This document shows, one piece after another, positions 55,214-64,000 of a stretch of 64,000 nt of DNA. The notes below the pieces were generated by a model. The model saw only the letters and a list, made by a program, of their open reading frames with translations, was not told the DNA's origin and searched no databases. The stretch is from Myxococcota bacterium (GTDB taxonomy: Bacteria; Myxococcota_A; UBA796; SXON01): assembly GCA_040386535.1 (NCBI GenBank), contig JAZKFH010000013.1, positions 416,928-480,927 on the forward strand. Reading direction: 5' to 3'. Each line of letters begins with the position of its first letter. Positions within the stretch are counted from its first letter, which is position 1. The position numbers were made by a program, and so were the translations under genes.

Positions 55214-57799
55214 ATGCCGAAGAAGCTGCTCCTCGTCGATGCGCCGAACCACGCCTTCCGCGCCTACCACGCCATCCAGTCCGACATGCGTGCGCCCGAC
55301 GGGTTCCCGACGCGCTGCCTGTACGGCTTCAGTCGCATGCTGCTGGCGCTCGTGCGCGACCATCAGCCCGACTACGTCGCGTTCGTCTTCGATGTCGGCA
55401 AGAGCTTCCGCAACGCGCTCTACCCCGACTACAAGGGCCAGCGGCCCGACATGCCGGCGGATCTGCGCGAGCAGTGGGGCGAGCTCCGCCCGCTGATCGA
55501 GGCCTTCGGCTTCTACGTCCTCGCCGAGCCCAACACCGAGGCGGACGATGTCATCGGCACGCTCGCGTGCCGCCTCGCCTCGGATGACCTGCACGTCGGG
55601 ATCGTGAGCAGCGACAAGGACTTCGGCCAAATCGTCGACGATCGCATCCACCTCCTCGATCTGATGAAGGGCGTGGACTACGGCCCCAAGGAGATCCAGG
55701 AGAAGTGGGGCGTCGGGCCCGACCGCATTATCGATCTGCTCTCGTTGATGGGGGACACCTCCGACAACGTGCCCGGCGTGCCCGGCGTCGGCGAGAAGAA
55801 GGCCGCCCAGTTCATCCAGAAGTACGGCGATCTGGAGGGCGTGCTCGCCAACACGGCCGCGATCGGCGGCAAGACCGGGCAGTGCATCGCCGACAACGCC
55901 GACGTCGTGCGGCTCGCGCGCCAGCTCGTCACCATCGAGAAGAACCTGCCGGTGGCGGTGACGCTCGAGGATCTCGCCCCCCGCCCGCGAGACGACCTGG
56001 CGCTGCGCGAGAAGCTCGGCCGCTGGAACTTCAAGACCCTCCTCACCGATCTCGGGCTCGGCGCCCCGCCGCCCGTGCGGCTCGGCTCCGGGGACGGCTG
56101 GTTCGAGGTCGCGTGCCCCGCGGTCTGGGGCCCGGGGCCGCTCGCCGACCTGGATCGTCGCCTCCGCGTGGCCGGCCGCTTCTCCATCGCGGTCGAGACC
56201 AGCGGGCCCGACTTCCTCGTCGACGTGCCGACGCGCATCACCTTCGGGTTCACCGAGGGCGGGCATCCCACGCTCGCGCGCGTCCCCATCGACAACGCGT
56301 CGCTCGCCGCCCTCCGCCCGATCCTCGGCGATCCGACGCTGGAGAAGACCGGCTACGACCTGAAGCAGGCGACCAAGTTCCTCGCGACCGCCGGGGCCCC
56401 GCTGCTCGGCGTCGCAGGGGACGTGATGCTGGCCGACTACCTGCTGCTCCCGGAGCAGAAGCACACCCTCGACGACCTCGGCAAGCGCTACCTCGAGCAC
56501 CCGATCTCCGGCTCGCTCGGCGAGGAGGCCCAGCTCGGCTGGGTGCTCGACAAGGTGATGCGCGAGCGGCTCGAAGAGAACGGCGTGACCAGCGTGTACC
56601 GCGACATCGAGCTGCCGCTCGTGCCGGTGCTCGCGGACATGGAGCGCTGCGGCATCGCGGTGGACGTCGACGCGTTGACCGCCCTCTCCACCGAGCTCGG
56701 CGCCCGGCTCGTGGAGGAGGAGAAGAACTGCCACACCCTCGCGGGGACGGAGTTCAACGTCGCCTCGACCCAGCAGCTCGCCGAGGTGCTCTTCGAGAAG
56801 CTCGGCCTCAAGGGCGGCAAGCGCACCAAGACCGGCTGGAGCACCGACGCCGACACGCTCGACAAGCTGCGCGAGGAACACCCGCTCCCCGGCGCGATCC
56901 TGGCGTGGCGCGAGCTCTCCAAGCTCAAGGGCACCTACGTCGACGCGTTGCCCCCCGCCGTCCACCCGAAGACCGGCCGCATCCACACCAACTTCCGCCA
57001 GGCGGTGGCGGCCACCGGGCGCCTCTCCTCGAACGATCCGAACCTCCAGAACATCCCCGTCCGCTCCGACGAGGGCCGTCGCATCCGCCGTTGCTTCGTC
57101 GCGGCGCCCGGGCACGTGTTCCTCTCGGCGGACTACTCGCAGGTCGAGCTGCGCGTCCTCGCGCACTACTGCCAGGAGGGCCCGCTCGTCGAGAGCTTCC
57201 GCAACGACGAGGACATCCACCGCCGCACCGCTTCCGAGATCTTCGGCGTCATGCCCGCGCTGGTGAGCCCCGAGATGCGCCGCGCCGCCAAAGCCATCAA
57301 CTTCGGCATCGTCTACGGCATGGGCGCCTTCCGCCTCGCGAACGATCTGCGCATCCCCCGCAACGAGGCGCAGAGCTACATCGACGGGTACTTCGCCCGC
57401 TATCCACAAGTGCGCGCCTACATGGACGGCGCCATCGCCCGCGCCCGCGAGAAGGGCTTCGCCGAGACCCTCTTCGGCCGCCGCCGCCCCAACCAGGGCC
57501 TCGACGCCAAGAACCCCATGGACCGCTCCGCTGCCGAGCGCATCTCCATCAACACGCCCATCCAGGGCACCGCCGCCGACCTCATCAAGCTCGCGATGGT
57601 GCGCGTCCACGCCGATCTCGTCGGCACCGGCGCCCACCTGCTCCTCCAGGTGCACGACGAGCTCGTGATCGAGGTGCCCGAGACCGACGTCGCGGCGTTG
57701 GCGGCGCGCGTGAAGGCCACGATGGAGGGCGCGGCGTCGTTGTGTGTGCCGCTCAAGGTGGACACGGGGTGGGCGCGGACGTGGGACGCGGCGCACTGA
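55214..57799 (+). CDS. polA: DNA polymerase I
   Basis: 5'-3' exo LVD...FRAYHA, YKGQR, EADDVIG, SSDKD, GDTSDNVPGVPGVGEK; polymerase ATGRLSSNDPNLQNIP, DYSQVELR, AKAINFGIVYG, QGTAAD, QVHDEL. Confidence 0.98.
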   Translation: MPKKLLLVDAPNHAFRAYHAIQSDMRAPDGFPTRCLYGFSRMLLALVRDHQPDYVAFVFDVGKSFRNALYPDYKGQRPDMPADLREQWGELRPLIEAFGFYVLAEPNTEADDVIGTLACRLASDDLHVGIVSSDKDFGQIVDDRIHLLDLMKGVDYGPKEIQEKWGVGPDRIIDLLSLMGDTSDNVPGVPGVGEKKAAQFIQKYGDLEGVLANTAAIGGKTGQCIADNADVVRLARQLVTIEKNLPVAVTLEDLAPRPRDDLALREKLGRWNFKTLLTDLGLGAPPPVRLGSGDGWFEVACPAVWGPGPLADLDRRLRVAGRFSIAVETSGPDFLVDVPTRITFGFTEGGHPTLARVPIDNASLAALRPILGDPTLEKTGYDLKQATKFLATAGAPLLGVAGDVMLADYLLLPEQKHTLDDLGKRYLEHPISGSLGEEAQLGWVLDKVMRERLEENGVTSVYRDIELPLVPVLADMERCGIAVDVDALTALSTELGARLVEEEKNCHTLAGTEFNVASTQQLAEVLFEKLGLKGGKRTKTGWSTDADTLDKLREEHPLPGAILAWRELSKLKGTYVDALPPAVHPKTGRIHTNFRQAVAATGRLSSNDPNLQNIPVRSDEGRRIRRCFVAAPGHVFLSADYSQVELRVLAHYCQEGPLVESFRNDEDIHRRTASEIFGVMPALVSPEMRRAAKAINFGIVYGMGAFRLANDLRIPRNEAQSYIDGYFARYPQVRAYMDGAIARAREKGFAETLFGRRRPNQGLDAKNPMDRSAAERISINTPIQGTAADLIKLAMVRVHADLVGTGAHLLLQVHDELVIEVPETDVAALAARVKATMEGAASLCVPLKVDTGWARTWDAAH

Positions 57800-57915
57800 A
57801 GGCAGGCAGAACCAGAGCAGCAGAACAAGGGCAGACGGACCGCGCGGACGCGGCCGCTGCGGCGGCGGTTCGGGAGGGCGACCGTAGGAGCACGCCAGCG
57901 ATTAGACTTGCGGTG

Positions 57916-59181
57916 ATGTCCGACCTCGCCCCCGTCTACCTCCTGTCGCTGGAGGTCGAGAACACCCGGTCCTTCGGCCCGCGGCAGCGGCTCGACCTGT
58001 CCGATGGGAACGGGAACCCGCGGATGTGGACGGTGTTGCTCGGGGACAACGGGGTTGGGAAGACGACGGTTTTGCAGGTGATTGCGCGGGCTCGGCCCTC
58101 GATGTCGCGCTCTGAGACTCGGTTCGCCCACTCCGTGCAGAGCGACGTTGAGCCGTTCACTCGTTTCTTCGATCGTGGCTCGGGATTGGGGTCGAGCTGC
58201 GCGCTTCTATTGTCCCAAGCGGGACGAAGCCCGAGTCTGTCCTGGGCGCCCATGGGAAAGGGGGCGGTGACCTTCCAGGGTGCGCCTGCGTCGCTGACGG
58301 ATGCTTGCTTCCTCCTCGCCTACGGCGCCTCCCGCCGTCCTAGCGCCACCGAACTGAAGAGCTTCAGCGCTACTGACGGCACCGCCTCCCTCTTCGATCC
58401 CGCCGCCACCCTCCACAACGCCGAGGAGTGGCTCCTCCGGCTCGACTACGCCTCGTTGACCGAAGGGCGCACGGGTCCAAGCGAGAGACGTCTTGAGCAG
58501 GTCAAGAACCTCCTGCTCGAGTTGCTTCCCGGGGTGAACAGCATCGATGTCGTTGGACCAACCGAAGGCGTCCGCGTCACGACGGCGTACGGCGCCGTCT
58601 CAATTCGCTCCCTGAGCCTCGGCTACCAGACCATGATCGCCTGGACCGTCGACCTCGCGTATCGCATGGTCGAGCGCTACCCGGACGCCGAGGATCCGCT
58701 GGCCCAGCCCGCCATCGTGCTCGTAGACGAGATCGACCTCCATCTGCACCCGCGCTGGCAACGCTCGATCGTCCAGTTCCTGACCGACCGCTTCCCGAGA
58801 ACGCAGTTCGTCGTGACCGCGCACAGCCCGCTCATCGTGCAGGCGGCCGAGAACGCCAACGTCGTGCTCCTCCGTCGCGAGGGCGATCACGTCGTCATCG
58901 ACAACACCCCGGCGCGTGTCGCGGCCTGGCGCGTCGATCAGCTCCTGACCTCCGATCTCTTCGGCCTCGACGGGCCGCGTTCACCTCGGATCGAGGCCCT
59001 GCTCGACGAGCAGGCGCGCATCGCGGGCAAGGCGAAGCTGACAGCCAAGGACAAGGCGCGCTTGTCGGAGATCGAGGCCGCGCTCGGCACACTCCCGACG
59101 GCCGATGACCACGACGACGAAGACGCGATGGACATCCTCCGCGATGCCGCGCGCCACCTGCGCACGACCACCGGCGCGTGA
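57916..59181 (+). CDS. ABC/AAA_21-type ATPase (PtuA-like)
   Basis: LEVENTRSF; Walker A GDNGVGKT; LAYGASRR; signature LSLGY; Walker B IVLVDEIDLHLHPRWQ; H-loop QFVVTAHSP. True start at ATG 57916; the ORF track fuses it to a spurious GC-frame extension. Confidence 0.9.
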   Translation: MSDLAPVYLLSLEVENTRSFGPRQRLDLSDGNGNPRMWTVLLGDNGVGKTTVLQVIARARPSMSRSETRFAHSVQSDVEPFTRFFDRGSGLGSSCALLLSQAGRSPSLSWAPMGKGAVTFQGAPASLTDACFLLAYGASRRPSATELKSFSATDGTASLFDPAATLHNAEEWLLRLDYASLTEGRTGPSERRLEQVKNLLLELLPGVNSIDVVGPTEGVRVTTAYGAVSIRSLSLGYQTMIAWTVDLAYRMVERYPDAEDPLAQPAIVLVDEIDLHLHPRWQRSIVQFLTDRFPRTQFVVTAHSPLIVQAAENANVVLLRREGDHVVIDNTPARVAAWRVDQLLTSDLFGLDGPRSPRIEALLDEQARIAGKAKLTAKDKARLSEIEAALGTLPTADDHDDEDAMDILRDAARHLRTTTGA

Positions 59182-59930
59182 TCCGCGTCACGAAGCGGGC
59201 GGCGGCGCCCGCGATCCTGGTCAGCGAGGGGCCGGCGCGGGCAGCCGAGCACGCGGTGGAACTCTCGTCGGGTAGCGTTCCCGTTCGCTTCGAGCGGAAG
59301 CTGTACCACCACCCCGACGTGTTCCAGGCCCTCGTAGAGGACCAACACGGCAAGTGCTGTTTCTGCGAGTCGAAGTTCCTCCACGTGGCGTTTGGCGACG
59401 TCGAGCACTTCCGCCCAAAGGCGGCATGGCGCCAGACCAGGAAGGGCGCGCTCCGCCGTCCCGGCTACCACTGGCTCGCCTACACCTGGGAGAACCTCCA
59501 CCTCTCCTGCGAGATCTGCAATCGGCGGGAGAAGGGGAGCCTGTTCCCGCTGCTCGCGCGGTCCAAGCGGGCGCTCTCCTCCGCGGATCCACTCGGCGCC
59601 GAGGCCCCCGCATTCCTCGATCCCGCGGCGGACGACCCCGAGGCGCACATCGGCTTCCGCGGCGTCCACCCCTTCGCCCGCGACGACAGCGCCCGGGGCA
59701 AGGCGACCATCGCCGCGATCGGGCTGCGCCGCAAGGAGCTCCGTGAGCGCCGCCTTTCCTGGTTGGCGCAGTTGACTCTGCTCCGCGAGTTGACCGAGTT
59801 GGCGCGCGCCCGGCCGAAGGATCTCGTGCTTGCAAGGCACGGCCGCAGGGCCGAGAAGGCGCTCCTCGCCGCCCAACGCAACGACGCCGAGTACGCCTCC
59901 ATGGCTCGCTGCTTCCTCGCCCCCGCGTGA
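59178..59930 (+). CDS. HNH endonuclease (PtuB-like)
   Basis: MIRV start; QHGKCCFCES; DVEHFRPK; YHWLAYTWENLHLSCEICN...K...FP; LDP..DDP; GTGA overlap with the ATPase. Confidence 0.88.
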   Translation: MIRVTKRAAAPAILVSEGPARAAEHAVELSSGSVPVRFERKLYHHPDVFQALVEDQHGKCCFCESKFLHVAFGDVEHFRPKAAWRQTRKGALRRPGYHWLAYTWENLHLSCEICNRREKGSLFPLLARSKRALSSADPLGAEAPAFLDPAADDPEAHIGFRGVHPFARDDSARGKATIAAIGLRRKELRERRLSWLAQLTLLRELTELARARPKDLVLARHGRRAEKALLAAQRNDAEYASMARCFLAPA

Positions 59931-59987
59931 CGAGCCGGAGTAAGTAGCCCCCGCGCTCCGACGTTCCGGAGCCGCGTGAGGGACTCG

Positions 59988-62900
59988 ATGCGCCGTTGGA
60001 CACGTTGGATCGTCGGAATCGGGCTCGTGGTAGCGTGCAAGAAGCCCCCGGTCGAGGCCACCATGGAGGCCGCGGCCGCGCCGGACACGGAGGCGAAGGT
60101 GGAGTTCCAGAAGGATCCCGAGGCGCCCGGGCTGGGCCTGCGCTTGTACGAGGCGCGGCCGACCGACGGGGGCGGCGATGCCGTGCCCCTCGCCGCGTCC
60201 ATCCCGCTCGATCCCGCCGCGATCACCGCGCTCCTGGCGCGCTTGCCGGCCCTCGACACCGATCCGCGCGACGCGGTCGACTTCGCCCTCCGCGACGGGC
60301 CGCAGCCGCCGCCGCGCGCGGGGACCACCGTCGACGTGCCGTTCCCGAGCGGCTCGAACGAGCCGGCGCCCGTGGTCGAGAGCGGGCCGCTCACGGTGTT
60401 GCGCCGCGCGCCCGAGGGCGACGTGCCGATGGCGCCACACCTCTCCGTCACGTTCTCGCGGCCGATGGTCGCGGTCACGTCGCAGGCCGAGGCGAGCAAG
60501 GTCGTGCCGGTGAAGCTCACGCCCGAGCCGAAGGGCCAGTGGCGCTGGCTCGGCACCAAGACGGTCGTGTTCGAGCCGGACCCGCGCTTTCCGATGGCGA
60601 CGGCCTACACCGCCGAGATCCCCGCGGGCACGAAGGGGACGGACGGCGAGCCGCTCGCGGCGCCGATCACGTGGACCTTCTCGACCCCGCCGCTCTCGCT
60701 CCAGGCACACGTGCCCGGCGACGCCGGCCGGCGCCGTGGTTTGGAGGGCAACCCCCAGCCGCTCGATCCCGTGCTGTTCCTGGGCTTCGATCAGGCGGTC
60801 GATCCCGCCGCCCTGGTGGAAAAGCTGGCCCTCCGCGGTGGGAAAGACGCGGTTGCCTTGCGCATCGCGACCGCCGAGGAGATCGCTCGCTCCAAGGAGG
60901 TCGAGGCCGCCGTCGGCCAAGCCGAGCCGGGTCGTTTTCTCGCGGTGACGCCGACGGTCCCGCTGGTCCGCGCCACGTCGTACGAGGTGGTCGTGCCCGC
61001 CGGCTCGCCCTCGGCCGAGGGCCCGCGCCTCACGACGGTCGACCAGTCCTTCTCCTTTCGCACCTACGGCGCGATGCACGCCACCGCGCCCACCTGCTGG
61101 AACGAGAAGCCGTGCCCGCCCTCGGCGCCGTGGTCGATCGCGTTCACCAACCCGATCGACCTCGATCGGTTCGACCCCGCCGCGATCACCGTCACCCCCG
61201 CGGTGCCCGGCCTCCAGATCAACGCGGACGGAAACACCGTCTCGATCTTCGGCATGTTCGCCGGCCGCACGACCTACACGGTCAAGCTCGCGGCGGGCAT
61301 CCCCGACGTGTTCGGACAAACCCTCGCCGAGGCGCGCACCTACACGGTCGACGTCGGCCCCGCCGAGCAGAGCCTCACGGGCCCGGGCGACTCGTTCGTC
61401 ACGCTCGACCCCGCCGGCCCCCCCACGCTCGCGTTCTTCACGACCAACCACAAGGCGCTGAAGGTGTCCGTCCATCGCGTCGACGCGGGGGACTGGGCGA
61501 AGTGGACCGACTGGCTCCAGAAGTACCGGTGGGAGGACAACCGCAAGGGCGTGCTCCCGGGCAAGCAGGTCTTCGCGGGCACCGTGCCGGTCGCGAGCGC
61601 GCCCGATCGCCAGGTCGAAACCGCCTTCGACATGGCCCCCTATCTTGTCGGAAAGACAGGCCAGTTCATCGTGCAGGTTGAGCCCACCGTCCAGCCCAAG
61701 GAGCGCTGGCAGCGCCAGGAGTGGCTCGCCTGGGTGCAGGTGACGAAGCTCGGGCTCACCGTGTTCCAGGACGGCAACACGCTGACCGCGTGGGCCACCG
61801 ATCTGGCTGACGGCAAGCCCCGCGCGGACGTGACGGTGGAGCCGATGGGCGTCGCGAGTGGCCCCCTGACCGGGCGCACCGGCCCCGACGGGCTCACGGA
61901 GCTCGAGATCGTCGAGGAGGTGACCGGCCTCGTGGCCCGGACCGCCGACGACACCGTGATCCTGCCTGCGAACCCGAACGGGTACGGCGGCGGCTGGTAC
62001 CCGGTCGAGCGCCTCGACCAGCTCCAGTGGTTCGTGTTCGACGACAAGAACCTCTACAAGCCCGGCGAGACCGTGCACGTGCGCGGCTGGCTCCGCGTCC
62101 GGAAGCCCGGCGTCGACGGGGCGCTCACGCGCTCCAAGACCACGACCGTGCGGTGGACCGCGACGTCGAGCCAGGGCAACCCGCTGGGGGAGGGGACCGT
62201 CAAGGTCTCCGGCCTCGGCGGCTTCACCTTTGACCTTCCCATCCCGAAGACCCCGAACCTCGGCACCGCGCAGATCGTCCTGAACGCGGAGGACGGCGAG
62301 TCCGAGTACTCCGCCACGTCGTTGTCCTTCGAGATCCAGGAGTTCCGCACCCCCGAGTTCGAGGTCACCACCACCGGCGGTGACGGCGTCTACGCGCTCG
62401 GCGAGGACGCGATCGTGGACGTGTCGGCCGCCTACTACGCAGGCGGGGGGCTGCCCTCCGCACCGGTGAGCTGGGAGGTCACCTCGGCGCCGGCCACGTT
62501 CGTGCCGCCCGGCCGGAGCGAGTGGAGCTTCGGCCCGTGGTCGCCCTGGTGGCGGCACCGGGGCGGGGAAGACGTGCCGTACGTCGAGCCCGAGCTGCTC
62601 GCGGGCCTGACCGACGCGACCGGCGAGCACCACCTCGGCATCCACTTCGAGTCGCTGCGTCCGGTCCGACCGATGACCGTCACCGCCCAGGCGACCGTCA
62701 TGGACGTGAACCGCCAGGCGTGGACCGCCGCGAAGAGCTTCCTCGTCCACCCCGCGAGCGTGTACATCGGCCTCAAGACGGCCAAGAGCTACGTCGAGGC
62801 GAAGAAGCCGATCGACGTGGACGCGATCCTGGTCGATCGGGAGGGGCGCGCGGTGGCCGCGACCGGCAAGGGTGACGCCGGCATCGCCCTGACCCTCCAG

Positions 62901-64000
62901 CGCCTCGTGTGGAAGCGCACGGGGAAGGGCTGGGAGGAGGTGCGCGAGCAGGCCGGCACCGCGACGATCGCGGGCGCGGGGAAGGCCACGTTCGAGCCCC
63001 AGCTGGGCGGCAGCTACGCGATCGTCGCCACGGTCCAGGACAGCCACGGCCGCACCAACGAGACCGAGCTGCGCGTGTGGGTGTCCGGTGACCAGGTCGT
63101 GCCTGACCGCGGCGTGGCCCAGGAGCAGGTCACCCTGGTCCCGGAGAAGCAGTCCTACACGATCGGCGAGACCGCCACCGTGCTGGTGCAGGCCCCGTTC
63201 TGGCCCGCCGAGGGCGTGCTCACTGTGCGCGCGGGCGGCATCCTCGAGACGCGCGTGTTCGCGATGGACGGCGCCTCGACGACGCTCTCCATCCCCGTCA
63301 CCGAGCGCCACGTCCCCGACTTCACCGTCGCCGTCGATCTCGTCGGCGCACGGGCCCGCGTGGACGATGACGGCAAGCCGCGCGCGGATTTGCCGAAGCG
63401 GGTGGCCTTCGCGGCCGGGACCCTCACCTTCGAGGTGCCCCCCCTCTCGCGCACGCTGACCGTGGCGGTGACCCCCGTGGTCGCGCGGCTCGAGCCGGGC
63501 GGCAAGACCGCGGTCGACCTGCGCGTGACGGACGCCGCGGGCAAGCCCGTCGCCAACGCGGAGCTCGCGGTGGTCGCGGTCGACGAGGCCGTGCTCGCCC
63601 TCACCAACTACGACCTCCCCGATCCGCTCGCGGCGTTCTACGCGGCGCGCGGGGACGGCGTCGGCAGCTACCACCTCCGCCAGTGGGTCCGCCTCGTGGA
63701 TCCGACCGCGCTGGTGCCGGGGACGCCGACCATGCCCAGCGGGAGCATCGGGCTCGGAGGCCTCGGCACCGTCGGGCGGGGCAGCGGTGGCGGCGGCATG
63801 GGGTACGGCGCCCGCGGCGGAGTGATGGCCGAGGAGAAGAGCGAGCTCCAGGCGGTGGCCCGTGCGGCGCCGCCGATGGAGCCCATGATGAAGCAGGGGA
63901 GCGTCATGGCGGACGCCGTCGGCCAGGCCCCAGCGAACGCACCCGCGATCCAGGTGCGCTCGGACTTCTCGGCGGTGGCGCTCTGGTCGCCCAGCGTCGT
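59988..64000 (+). CDS. Bacterial alpha-2-macroglobulin family lipoprotein (partial, runs off the window end)
   Basis: Manual translation MRRWTRWIVGIGLVVA-C; VTFSRPMV; GQWRWLGT; WVQVTKLG; DDKNLYKPGETVHVRG; IQEFRTPEF; VVAVDEAVL; VRSDFSAVALW. No stop in the window, so it is absent from the ORF track. Confidence 0.92.
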   Translation, partial: MRRWTRWIVGIGLVVACKKPPVEATMEAAAAPDTEAKVEFQKDPEAPGLGLRLYEARPTDGGGDAVPLAASIPLDPAAITALLARLPALDTDPRDAVDFALRDGPQPPPRAGTTVDVPFPSGSNEPAPVVESGPLTVLRRAPEGDVPMAPHLSVTFSRPMVAVTSQAEASKVVPVKLTPEPKGQWRWLGTKTVVFEPDPRFPMATAYTAEIPAGTKGTDGEPLAAPITWTFSTPPLSLQAHVPGDAGRRRGLEGNPQPLDPVLFLGFDQAVDPAALVEKLALRGGKDAVALRIATAEEIARSKEVEAAVGQAEPGRFLAVTPTVPLVRATSYEVVVPAGSPSAEGPRLTTVDQSFSFRTYGAMHATAPTCWNEKPCPPSAPWSIAFTNPIDLDRFDPAAITVTPAVPGLQINADGNTVSIFGMFAGRTTYTVKLAAGIPDVFGQTLAEARTYTVDVGPAEQSLTGPGDSFVTLDPAGPPTLAFFTTNHKALKVSVHRVDAGDWAKWTDWLQKYRWEDNRKGVLPGKQVFAGTVPVASAPDRQVETAFDMAPYLVGKTGQFIVQVEPTVQPKERWQRQEWLAWVQVTKLGLTVFQDGNTLTAWATDLADGKPRADVTVEPMGVASGPLTGRTGPDGLTELEIVEEVTGLVARTADDTVILPANPNGYGGGWYPVERLDQLQWFVFDDKNLYKPGETVHVRGWLRVRKPGVDGALTRSKTTTVRWTATSSQGNPLGEGTVKVSGLGGFTFDLPIPKTPNLGTAQIVLNAEDGESEYSATSLSFEIQEFRTPEFEVTTTGGDGVYALGEDAIVDVSAAYYAGGGLPSAPVSWEVTSAPATFVPPGRSEWSFGPWSPWWRHRGGEDVPYVEPELLAGLTDATGEHHLGIHFESLRPVRPMTVTAQATVMDVNRQAWTAAKSFLVHPASVYIGLKTAKSYVEAKKPIDVDAILVDREGRAVAATGKGDAGIALTLQRLVWKRTGKGWEEVREQAGTATIAGAGKATFEPQLGGSYAIVATVQDSHGRTNETELRVWVSGDQVVPDRGVAQEQVTLVPEKQSYTIGETATVLVQAPFWPAEGVLTVRAGGILETRVFAMDGASTTLSIPVTERHVPDFTVAVDLVGARARVDDDGKPRADLPKRVAFAAGTLTFEVPPLSRTLTVAVTPVVARLEPGGKTAVDLRVTDAAGKPVANAELAVVAVDEAVLALTNYDLPDPLAAFYAARGDGVGSYHLRQWVRLVDPTALVPGTPTMPSGSIGLGGLGTVGRGSGGGGMGYGARGGVMAEEKSELQAVARAAPPMEPMMKQGSVMADAVGQAPANAPAIQVRSDFSAVALWSPSV

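Noticed and set aside
55705..57915. 1158-aa ORF suggesting a giant ATPase fusion overlapping polA
   Set aside because: The first 737 codons are an Arg/Pro/Gly-rich shadow frame of polA. The real protein starts at ATG 57916, after TAGACT.
57800..57915. Possible retron msr-msd ncRNA upstream of the ATPase-HNH pair
   Set aside because: No a1/a2 inverted repeats, no long msd hairpin and no reverse transcriptase in the window; only short GCAGA repeats.
58938..63674. 1578-aa minus-strand ORF and other long antisense ORFs (e.g. 14853-17705, 55202-57796, 3770-6568)
   Set aside because: These are antisense shadows of real genes caused by the scarcity of stop codons at high GC3; they contain no protein motifs.

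Overview
Very GC-rich (roughly 70% or more, by eye) bacterial chromosomal window. It is most consistent with a Myxococcota/deltaproteobacterial lineage: Cys-rich and Asp/Thr-repeat lipoproteins, DUF1844, a REC/J-domain/TPR protein, a PilT paralog beside recA, and accD-folC-lptD order. It holds about 57 densely packed CDSs, mostly housekeeping or envelope: mltD-like, moeA, mobA, moaA, moaB, selA, rluD, bamD, alaS, recA, cinA, ruvX, mrp, ldcA, accD, folC, lptD-like, holB, tatD, sppA, ppiD/surA, mreB, trxA, polA and an alpha-2-macroglobulin. I saw no rRNA, tRNA, CRISPR array, transposase or integrase. Most notable: (1) a Septu-like ABC-ATPase + HNH defence pair between polA and A2M; (2) a window-wide signature of leaderless transcription, with a TA-initiated -10 hexamer 5-7 nt before start codons, including divergent pairs that share one TA; (3) an unannotated multi-branched structured RNA candidate at 47.9-48.07 kb; (4) a MITE-like inverted-repeat element before tatD; (5) a three-copy uncharacterised Cys-rich lipoprotein family; (6) an M1-peptidase-like/Omp85 fusion; (7) a 53-aa basic protein missed by the ORF track; (8) several enzymes that have lost catalytic motifs. 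All calls come from reading motifs by eye; no database searches were run.
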